Virus record (IMG/VR): IMGVR_UViG_3300032255_000165
Direction: 5' to 3' (one strand)
DNA length: 64,000 bases
DNA from: an uncultured virus (IMG/VR IMGVR_UViG_3300032255_000165)
Lineage: Duplodnaviria; Heunggongvirae; Uroviricota; Caudoviricetes
Every line of letters starts with the position of its first letter. Position 1 is the stretch's first letter. Both the position numbers and the translations under genes were made by a program. This document shows positions 56,828 to 64,000 of the stretch, piece after piece. Below the pieces are notes generated by a model. It did no database searches and was not told where the DNA came from. It worked only from the letters and a program-made list of their open reading frames with translations.

Positions 56828-58453
56828 TTATTCGCCGGGGGCCGGTTGATCCGCCGGGGTTGTTTTTGTATCAGACCCGCTTTGACGGCTGGGGCTGGTG
56901 CGGCCCATGGCGGCAAAATCCGGTTCTTTCAGTCCCAGTTCACGGCGACGGTCCTGTTCATAGCGTTGTTGTTCAAGGATATCTTCGAAATCCTGACCTT
57001 GTTCGTCTGCTTCCTGTTGCAGGGTGGAAAGTCCGGCACCAATGCGTAAAAGTGCGGCTTGGGCTTCTTTGGTGGGATCAACCCACCCACGGGCCGGGCC
57101 GCGCCAACGGCATTTGCTCCACGCGGCAGGTGCATCCCAAAATCCGGGTACACCGGAAGGCAATTCAATTTCACCGTTGTCGATGGCTTCTTCTAACCAC
57201 AGGGTATAAATCGGGGTGGCAAAACCGGTTGTGAAATGTAACCGCCGGGCGGTTAAAAATTTCCAGCTTTCGAGCAAGGAAGCCCGGGCGCTGGAATAAT
57301 TTGTTTGTGACCAGTCTTGGGCAACCTGTTCGTAACTTTGGCCCAGACCGGCGGCAATATTGCGTAAAACAGCGCGTTCAAAATCGGCGAACCCGGCATT
57401 TGGACGACTGGCAGTTTGAAAATTCAGTTTTTCGCCGGGGAACAAAAACGGCAATTTCATACCGTCCAGCGTAAGATTTGAGGCTTCGTGATATTTCGAG
57501 CGCTGATCCTGATAACTGTCACCCATCACCCCCAAGGCATCCGCGGTGACGTCATGGTCAAACGGGCTTTCGATAAAGGCGGCAAACACCGCGTTGGTCA
57601 GAGCAGCCTGTAATTCCGTGCGTTCGTATTGATCGAGCATCTTGAATTTTTCAAGCACCGACGCCATCAAAGGTTTGCCGCGGGTTTGCCCGGCGCGGGC
57701 GGCTTCGAAGTGATGCAAAACACGCAACCGGTTTTGTCCCGGCACGCGTTTTGGCACCCGGGTCCAGCGGTATTGTTCACGTCCGGCGAAGATTACATCA
57801 GAGGGATGACCATTGCGGATGTGAAAAGCCTGTGGTGCGCCGAAGCGGTTAATTTCAACACCGCCACGCAGGCGGTCGGTATCCGGTTTGCGGTTGGGGT
57901 TTGATAAACGGTCAGGATCGATGATTTGAATCGCGGTGGCGAATTTCGATCCACGATTTGGCAACCAGTGGGCAATACCCAGGCTTTCGCCTTCGACCAT
58001 GTGGTGGCGGAAAGCAACACCCAACAAGCCCGATAAATTATTGCGTTCCGCCGCATCGATCAGATGGCGGGGATCATTGGCCCACGACCGAAATGACGCC
58101 TCTGTTTGTTTGGCCCAATCGGCGGATTCGGTGAAATTCCATCCCAATGCCCGCCAGTCAGGTCGGGCGGAAAGTTTAAAATCTCCGCCGATGGCTTGAT
58201 CCACATGGCGCTGGATCGCCCCCGCAGCCCAGCCATTATTGATGGTCATGTCGCGGGTACGGGCAACTAAATCATTGCGTTCCGGCAAAAAATCACGGTC
58301 CGCGGAATTCATGGACGGTGACCAGCGCGCTAATTCTTGGGAATAGCGATCGGCACCACGGTGACTGGACGTGGCCGCCGCACGCATGGCGCCGCCCCGG
58401 TGATCAAACACCATCGGCAGATTTGTTGTGGTCTGTGCGCGGGAACGGGTCAT
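56828..58453 (-). CDS. portal protein (lambda gpB family)
   Basis: GQTRG, NYSSARA, WVDPTKE. Confidence 0.92.
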   Translation of the reverse strand: MTRSRAQTTTNLPMVFDHRGGAMRAAATSSHRGADRYSQELARWSPSMNSADRDFLPERNDLVARTRDMTINNGWAAGAIQRHVDQAIGGDFKLSARPDWRALGWNFTESADWAKQTEASFRSWANDPRHLIDAAERNNLSGLLGVAFRHHMVEGESLGIAHWLPNRGSKFATAIQIIDPDRLSNPNRKPDTDRLRGGVEINRFGAPQAFHIRNGHPSDVIFAGREQYRWTRVPKRVPGQNRLRVLHHFEAARAGQTRGKPLMASVLEKFKMLDQYERTELQAALTNAVFAAFIESPFDHDVTADALGVMGDSYQDQRSKYHEASNLTLDGMKLPFLFPGEKLNFQTASRPNAGFADFERAVLRNIAAGLGQSYEQVAQDWSQTNYSSARASLLESWKFLTARRLHFTTGFATPIYTLWLEEAIDNGEIELPSGVPGFWDAPAAWSKCRWRGPARGWVDPTKEAQAALLRIGAGLSTLQQEADEQGQDFEDILEQQRYEQDRRRELGLKEPDFAAMGRTSPSRQSGSDTKTTPADQPAPGE

Positions 58454-58462
58454 GGAAAACCT

Positions 58463-58708
58463 TTAAAAAAATGGACGGCGGGCCTGGCGACGGGTGCCGG
58501 ATACGTTTAATGATTTTTGCAGTTCGGCGATGTAAGCGCGCAATTTAGGTTCGTCCGCGGGCGTAAACGCCACCGATTTTCCATCATGACCAGTCGCCGT
58601 TGCCGATTGGCCGATCATCAATTTATGCAACGCCAACTGGGCATCGGATAACCGGGTCGTAAGCAAAGCGGTATCGACCGCCGCCGATGGCGTGGAAAAA
58701 GCAGACAT
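58463..58708 (-). CDS. gpW-like head-tail joining protein
   Basis: ALHKLMIG...V.F..AD...L.AYI..L. Confidence 0.8.
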   Translation of the reverse strand: MSAFSTPSAAVDTALLTTRLSDAQLALHKLMIGQSATATGHDGKSVAFTPADEPKLRAYIAELQKSLNVSGTRRQARRPFF

Positions 58709-58726
58709 TGAAAATGGTCCTAAAAA

Positions 58727-60715
58727 TCAGGTGTTGTTAAGCCGGGCCAACCGTTCAAGAGCGGTTTCCGGTGTATTGCTGTCAGCGGTTCTGGTTTTGG
58801 ATTTTTCAGGTTCTATAACCGGATGATCATCCGTCAACACAGGTTGCCCCAACCACAACCGCGCCAGCCCGCCATCGATGTCATCAAAATCAAGACCGCG
58901 GTCGCGGGCTAGTTTTTCCCATGCCGCGTCGTCAAAAAAATCAAGTCCCCATTTGGCCGCGAGACCCATGTTGTATATCCGGCAATCGTGCCAATGGTTA
59001 TGGCCGCGGGCAACCCAGGTCTTGAGAATTTTGCCTTTTTTAGTCGGGGTTTCTTTAATGTATTCCGATGTTAATTGTTGGAAGTATTCCTTGGAATGTT
59101 GCGATGAAAAATGACAAAAGCCCGGCGGATCCATTTCGGCGCCATCGCGAATGCCATCTTTGCGCAAATTTGAATATAATTCGCCTTTTAATGAATAGGT
59201 GCCAACACCGAATATTTCGACGCCAAGTTTATCAGCCAGTGTTTTCTTGTGCCCGCGTCCGCGTTTTTTAGGCGCGATAATCGCCGGGGTGTTCCAGCCA
59301 TCACGCCCATCAATGGCGACGGCGCGCGGTTGGCGTGGACGGATCCAGTTATAAACCTGGTTCGATAAATAGCCTGTATCGACACCGAACAGATCAACCG
59401 GGCGGGTGTTGCCGTAAGCGTCTTGATAATGTTTTGAAAACAAATCGTCCAGTATAGCCCAGACTTGGTTTTTTTCGTCGGCTGGATCGCCTTCGATAAA
59501 ATCGGCATCGATCGACCATGTGCGTTTGCCAGGTCCGTAAGCTACAGTTTCGTAATAAATTCCGGTTTTTTGCACATCACACGCAGTGAACAAAACCAGA
59601 CCACCGGGCGGAATTTGACCGGATGTGTAGCTGGACCGGCGCGCGTAAAGGCGTTTCCATTCCGGTGCTTCGCCGCGTTCTTCCCAGGTTTCGCCAAGCC
59701 AGAGATTGACGAAAGCTTTCAGTTTTTGCGGGTCACCGTCAGCATTTATAAATTTTTCGGCAACTTTATCCCAGGTCGTCAGTAACGAAGTCAAGCTGTC
59801 GAGATGAAAGCTGGGGTGGCGACCGGGGCCGGGGTTAGTTGCGACCCAACGCCCGGCGCGGACCATCGCGGATTGTTCGTTGGGTGCGATTAAAACGCCA
59901 CATTCAAAACAGGCATAGCGGGCCTCATGCGGCCAGATTTTATTGAATTTTAAATTCTTAAATTCAAGGCGTTGTTCAAACCCGCAATGGGGGCACGGGC
60001 ATTGCCAGTAACGTTGGTCACCTGCTTCGAAGGCATCATCAATGGCCGATGCGCCTTTGATAGTCGGTGTTGAACATTCGAATTTTTTATAGCCACCAGA
60101 ACGATGAAACGCCATTTGCCGGGCGTCAGCCATTTCCATGGGATCGCCTTGGCCGTCAAGGTCTTTGGGCCATTCGTCGATTTCATCACAGAACAGGTTT
60201 TTAACTGTTTTTGAACGCAGGTCCGCGGCGGAATTGGCTCCGGTTAAAATCAACGAGCCGCCGCCGAAACGTTTATTCAAAGACGTCGAGCCACGGGTTG
60301 AGCGGCTAATCTGTTTAAAAACACTACGGCGCAGCGCCGGTGTCTGATCAATAGTCGGTTGCAGTTTTTCCCGGTTGAAGTCCTGAACCGCGTTGATGGT
60401 CGGAAAAACCACCAAAGACGTTGCCGGGTTAACGGCGATGATGGAACCGAGCCAGGCCACGCCCGCGCCTGTCATGCCCGTTTGTGCAGATTTTTTAACA
60501 GACACCCGGTTTGCTGGATGTTCGGGGTCGAGGCAATCGAGTATTTCAACCAGTTGCGGTGTCAGATCGGCGGACCATTTTTCACCAGCACGGGGACCGT
60601 CGGATACAATCAAATCATTACTGGCCCACGCCGACGGGGTCACCATTGGTGGTGGCGCGATTGTGGCCGCCATCGTTGACAGCACCAGGGTTATGGTTGA
60701 TTTTATGTTGTTCAT
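58727..60715 (-). CDS. terminase large subunit (GpA family)
   Basis: KSAQTGMT, CDEIDEW, STPT, CPHCG, DVQ, NHWHDC. Confidence 0.93.
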   Translation of the reverse strand: MNNIKSTITLVLSTMAATIAPPPMVTPSAWASNDLIVSDGPRAGEKWSADLTPQLVEILDCLDPEHPANRVSVKKSAQTGMTGAGVAWLGSIIAVNPATSLVVFPTINAVQDFNREKLQPTIDQTPALRRSVFKQISRSTRGSTSLNKRFGGGSLILTGANSAADLRSKTVKNLFCDEIDEWPKDLDGQGDPMEMADARQMAFHRSGGYKKFECSTPTIKGASAIDDAFEAGDQRYWQCPCPHCGFEQRLEFKNLKFNKIWPHEARYACFECGVLIAPNEQSAMVRAGRWVATNPGPGRHPSFHLDSLTSLLTTWDKVAEKFINADGDPQKLKAFVNLWLGETWEERGEAPEWKRLYARRSSYTSGQIPPGGLVLFTACDVQKTGIYYETVAYGPGKRTWSIDADFIEGDPADEKNQVWAILDDLFSKHYQDAYGNTRPVDLFGVDTGYLSNQVYNWIRPRQPRAVAIDGRDGWNTPAIIAPKKRGRGHKKTLADKLGVEIFGVGTYSLKGELYSNLRKDGIRDGAEMDPPGFCHFSSQHSKEYFQQLTSEYIKETPTKKGKILKTWVARGHNHWHDCRIYNMGLAAKWGLDFFDDAAWEKLARDRGLDFDDIDGGLARLWLGQPVLTDDHPVIEPEKSKTRTADSNTPETALERLARLNNT

Positions 60716-61296
60716 TCTGGTTTTGTTCCCAAATTATCAACAGCACCGGCAAGAACGTTTGAAATGTTTTCACGCAATGTCCGGGTTTTTTGACGCAGAA
60801 TTTTTGGCGTTTTAGCAGGATCGGATCCGATGGAAATCAAATCATCACTCCAATTTGTGATGGCTTCCAAGGCTTGAACAATTTTTGTGGCACCATCGAT
60901 CAGTCCTTCTTCGACGCCGCGACGATCAAGCAGCTTGCCCTCTTTGACAGCCAGATCAATTTCAAGCAACCGGGCCTGGGCTAAATCTTTTTTGGCTTTG
61001 CCCGTAAGAACCGGCTGGGACATACCAGAATGATCACGGACGGTGATTGGTGAAACGTACAAAGCGGCATGTTGGTTTTTCTCATTTTCAAGGGCTTGTT
61101 TGTATTCGCTCATACGAACGCGAACAAAGTTGCCATCACGAACCGGAAACAAAAGATTGTTTTCAGAAAGCCTTTTGACTTTTTTGGAAATTGTATTTCG
61201 GGAACAGCCCAGCTTGCGGGCAATATCAGAGAGTTTTAAAAACTCATCCTCACTGGGCGCACTGCCGCTGACACCAACACTTTCAAATGTGTTCAT
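60712..61296 (-). CDS. terminase small subunit
   Basis: N-terminal HTH; ARLLEIDLAVKEGKLL; overlaps terL start. Confidence 0.78.
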   Translation of the reverse strand: MNTFESVGVSGSAPSEDEFLKLSDIARKLGCSRNTISKKVKRLSENNLLFPVRDGNFVRVRMSEYKQALENEKNQHAALYVSPITVRDHSGMSQPVLTGKAKKDLAQARLLEIDLAVKEGKLLDRRGVEEGLIDGATKIVQALEAITNWSDDLISIGSDPAKTPKILRQKTRTLRENISNVLAGAVDNLGTKPE

Positions 61297-61411
61297 GTCA
61301 CCTGCGAATGTCACCTGCGTAACTCCTTGTCACCCGGGTTTGAAAATCTAAAAAACTGGCGAACTATCACGCCTCACAAAACCCGTAAGCAACGAACGCT
61401 GGGAAGGACCC
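61296..61411 (-). other. cos site (cosQ, cosN, cosB-like repeats)
   Basis: Minus strand GGGTCCT-N16-TTACG GGTTTTGTGAGG CGTGA; TGTCACC three times at 61296, 61309, 61328. Confidence 0.75.
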
Positions 61412-61461
61412 TTTGCGCGTAACCAAGTCACCGAGGATGAGGATGATACAGAAAATTGCCA

Positions 61462-61554
61462 ATAAAAAACCCGCCAGCCGAATGCTCGGTGGCAGGTTGT
61501 CGTACGCTTCCGTCACTATAGCAATTAATACCCTTAAACGTTTCCCGATGTCAA
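61462..61554 (-). promoter_or_regulatory. late promoter followed by intrinsic terminator (pR'/tR'-like)
   Basis: TTGACA(61554-61549)-N18-TATTAA, then CCTGCCACCGAGCATTCGGCTGGCGGGTTTTTT. Confidence 0.55.
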
Positions 61555-61583
61555 CAAGCGTTTCCCATATTTTTTGCATTCCA

Positions 61584-62252
61584 TCATTTTATGTTTATTT
61601 TCATATAATTAAGTTTTTTATCATCAAATGTTTTAAAACAATCAAGCGCGAATCTAAGAGCCATTATTACATTTTCATAACGGCAACCATGTTTTTTTAT
61701 TTGCCGCCGCAATGCGACACGTTCAACAATCAGATCCGTTAACACAACTGCTACTGATGTAAAATTATTATTCTGCTTACATGGTTTTAATGTCAGCAAA
61801 TCAATTTTGTTTATAGCTTTCAGCCATGGCTCCAAATATTCATGAATTAATCGGCCAACTGGTTCATCCGCCGCAAAAACTTGACGTTCATCACCAGACA
61901 AACGGACTAATCCACCGCCGGAATTTTCCAAATCAACACACCCAGCCGATTCACGTCTGATTTTTTCATGCCAAAGAATGTCAATTTGTTCCAGCATCGT
62001 TTTTTGAGAATGATCCAACGATGTTCCAGTGGTTAAGGCTTTGACCGGGTCGCGCCGCAACGAGCGTTGTTTTACAGTTTCCGGTGTTAAAACACTTTCA
62101 ACCGCTTCAGCGGCTTTATCCATTCCTTCAAGGATTAAAACATTATGCAACCGCCGCACCACCGATTTTCCATGCGGAGTTTTTGCAGCTTCCGTTGCAA
62201 TATCAGCAAAACACTTAGCCGTTTTGGCCGTTGATCCTTGAACTTTTCGCAT
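61584..62252 (-). CDS. hypothetical protein at late-regulator position
   Basis: AAAGGA RBS; lies between ori and late promoter/cos. Confidence 0.65.
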   Translation of the reverse strand: MRKVQGSTAKTAKCFADIATEAAKTPHGKSVVRRLHNVLILEGMDKAAEAVESVLTPETVKQRSLRRDPVKALTTGTSLDHSQKTMLEQIDILWHEKIRRESAGCVDLENSGGGLVRLSGDERQVFAADEPVGRLIHEYLEPWLKAINKIDLLTLKPCKQNNNFTSVAVVLTDLIVERVALRRQIKKHGCRYENVIMALRFALDCFKTFDDKKLNYMKINIK

Positions 62253-62266
62253 CAATATTTCCTTTC

Positions 62267-62497
62267 AGGATATTTAGGATATTCAGGACATTTCAAAACA
62301 GAGAATGTCCTGCCATTTTTTCACTTATTATCAATCACTTATCTTGTTACAGGACCTTTAGGACATTAATGTTATCTATTCTTATATGTACTTGCGCGCA
62401 CATGAGCCGGGTCAAACAAAGGTCCTAAATGTCCTATTGTCCTAAGTCATTGAAAAACAATGCTTATATTTAGGACCTTTCAGGACATTCAGGACAT
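62267..62497. repeat. AGGAC/GTCCT iteron cluster, putative phage replication origin
   Basis: About 12 AGGAY copies in direct and inverted groups; IHF-consensus TATCAATCACTTA at 62329; just downstream of the primase. Confidence 0.7.
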
Positions 62498-62507
62498 TTA
62501 AACGGAT

Positions 62508-64000
62508 TTATGAACTTTGATCGGCCATATCGGCCCCCACCGGCACATCGTGAAGCTGAATATTTGTGTAATAAACCAACCCGCCAATTTTACCTTTTTC
62601 GACGCCCCGTTCCGGCAACACCCGCCCGAAAATATGCTTTGTCCATGGCTTTTCAGCATTTGCTGAACACCAATCCACATAAGCCGAATACATCGACGCC
62701 GCCTGAACATCGACACCATCGCATTTGCGAATGCAATCCGTGATAAATCGCCCGACCGGGTCTGAATCCGTACGATATTCATCCGTCGCCGCGCGCACGA
62801 TATCCGGCACGATCAAGCCTTTTTCAAGCCATATCCGCACCCCGTCGAGCATCCAGTTCAAAACCCCGGATCGTTCCCGCCATAACTTTTCTGGCAAATC
62901 TCTGTCCTGTTGATGGTCAGGTATATTTATTTCCCATGGTACCAGCAAAAACCGTCGCCAAATCCCCAAATCCTGCCCCCGGATGGATGGCTTGTGATTG
63001 CCGGATAACGTTAGTTTGAATTGCGGTACAAAATCAAAAAAACCATGGTTTAAATGGCGAACGGTAATTTCTTCACCACCGGTAATCGCCTTGATAGTTG
63101 CTTCGGCAAACCTTGACCCTTTTTCCGGTTCGCTGGCCCGCACCATCCGCGCCCCGGGCAACCGCGCCAGATCAGGCGTCGCTTCGGCTCCGCGTTTGCG
63201 ATCATCGCGCAACAATGATGCAAATGGCAACGTCACCGCGTACGGCCCCATCATCTTCGCAATAAGGTCTATGAAAACCGACTTTCCATTACCGCCTTCG
63301 CCATAATGAAAAACCAGTTTTTGTTCATTGGTCACCCCGGTCAGGCAATACCCCGTCCACACCTGTAAAAATGCACGGATTTTTTCATCTGGCTGGACTT
63401 CTTTTAAAAACCTTAAAAACGTCGGACAATCCGCGTTGGCTTCAAAATCAACATCCAGTATTTTTGCCAGCCGATCTTCCCGTGCCTGTTTTAACAGTTG
63501 ATCACAAGGCCCTTCCATCCGTAGCGTGCCGTTTGCCACATTTAACAATAACGGATTTTCATCCATCATTTCCGGCCCGACAGAAATATACGGCGCTGCC
63601 TCGGTCACCATCGCATCCAGCTTTGATCTGTTGCCCGACGCCGTTGACCACTTGAATAAATCTTCCAGTTTTTTTTCCCAATCCGGGCGCGGGATATCGT
63701 CCGGACGGCCATTTTTTTGCAACGCCGCCACTTCTTCCAATATAGACCGCGCCGTTTCATGGGCGCGTTTTTTAACGATTTCATCGCCGCCAATCGGACT
63801 CCACCGCCGCCCGGACCAATGATGCCATCCGACTTCACGCACATGTAATAAATCTTGGCCGTGGCGCGCTAAAAACCGTTCTGCATTGCCGATGTCGTTG
63901 CGTTCTTTATAAGCCAAATTGACATTTATTTCCCCGCCGCCACCGCCGGGCCAGCGAACCATTTCCGCGCCACCAATAGCCTGTTGAATGGCATTTTCAC
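62508..64000 (-). CDS. P4-family primase/SF3 helicase (D5-like), N-terminus probably outside window
   Basis: NDIGNAERF, LLNVANGTL, YGEGGNGKS, IKAITGGE, GIWRR; frame open to window edge. Confidence 0.92.
   Translation of the reverse strand, partial: ENAIQQAIGGAEMVRWPGGGGGEINVNLAYKERNDIGNAERFLARHGQDLLHVREVGWHHWSGRRWSPIGGDEIVKKRAHETARSILEEVAALQKNGRPDDIPRPDWEKKLEDLFKWSTASGNRSKLDAMVTEAAPYISVGPEMMDENPLLLNVANGTLRMEGPCDQLLKQAREDRLAKILDVDFEANADCPTFLRFLKEVQPDEKIRAFLQVWTGYCLTGVTNEQKLVFHYGEGGNGKSVFIDLIAKMMGPYAVTLPFASLLRDDRKRGAEATPDLARLPGARMVRASEPEKGSRFAEATIKAITGGEEITVRHLNHGFFDFVPQFKLTLSGNHKPSIRGQDLGIWRRFLLVPWEINIPDHQQDRDLPEKLWRERSGVLNWMLDGVRIWLEKGLIVPDIVRAATDEYRTDSDPVGRFITDCIRKCDGVDVQAASMYSAYVDWCSANAEKPWTKHIFGRVLPERGVEKGKIGGLVYYTNIQLHDVPVGADMADQSS

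Larger units (their letters stand above)
34026..64000 (-). mobile_element. temperate prophage 2: lambda-like cos head, Mu-like contractile tail, P4-type primase; continues beyond window
   Basis: Co-oriented primase, terS, GpA, gpW, portal, S49, D, E, sheath, tube, TMP, gp43-48, fibre, lysis; bounded by the tRNA att fragment with IHF-consensus TATCAATATGTTA at 34045-34057. Confidence 0.93.

Noticed and set aside
61367..61579. 70-aa hydrophobic ORF before terS
   Set aside because: It spans the promoter, terminator and cos signals, so it is more likely regulatory DNA; not fully excluded

Overview
The window holds two prophages that meet tail-to-tail at a tRNA-Met(CAT) 3'-end locus (about 33.8-34.0 kb). 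The tRNA fragment looks alphaproteobacterial. (1) Positions 1-33791, + strand, are a nearly complete Mu-like transposable myophage. It runs ner, MuA/MuB, DUF3164, a C5 DNA methyltransferase, gemA, Mor/C, lysis genes, terminase, portal, MuF, protease, capsid and a contractile tail, and ends in a recognisable R3/R2/R1 + CA right end. The repressor and left end lie outside the window. (2) Positions ~34026-64000, - strand, are a cos-type prophage with a lambda-like head, a Mu-like contractile tail and a P4-type primase. It is integrated at the tRNA-Met anticodon loop and continues beyond the window. Most notable: two cargo cassettes inserted antisense within the lysis region of prophage 2, each led by a DUF3892-like gene. 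One is translationally coupled to a SIR2-family protein; the other precedes a multi-TM protein and has a complex DnaA-box/NrdR-like/antisense-RNA leader. Together they are a candidate new anti-phage system. Also notable: a MuF-PBECR2 nuclease fusion with no immunity ORF but a small convergent ncRNA unit (candidate RNA antitoxin); an M.EcoHK31I-type methyltransferase whose second subunit is nested in another reading frame; a class-3 lipase inside the Mu lysis cassette; an ASCH + DUF5131 module at the mom position; and closely related tail-fibre/chaperone modules shared by both prophages. All calls come from reading motifs by eye; no database searches were run.
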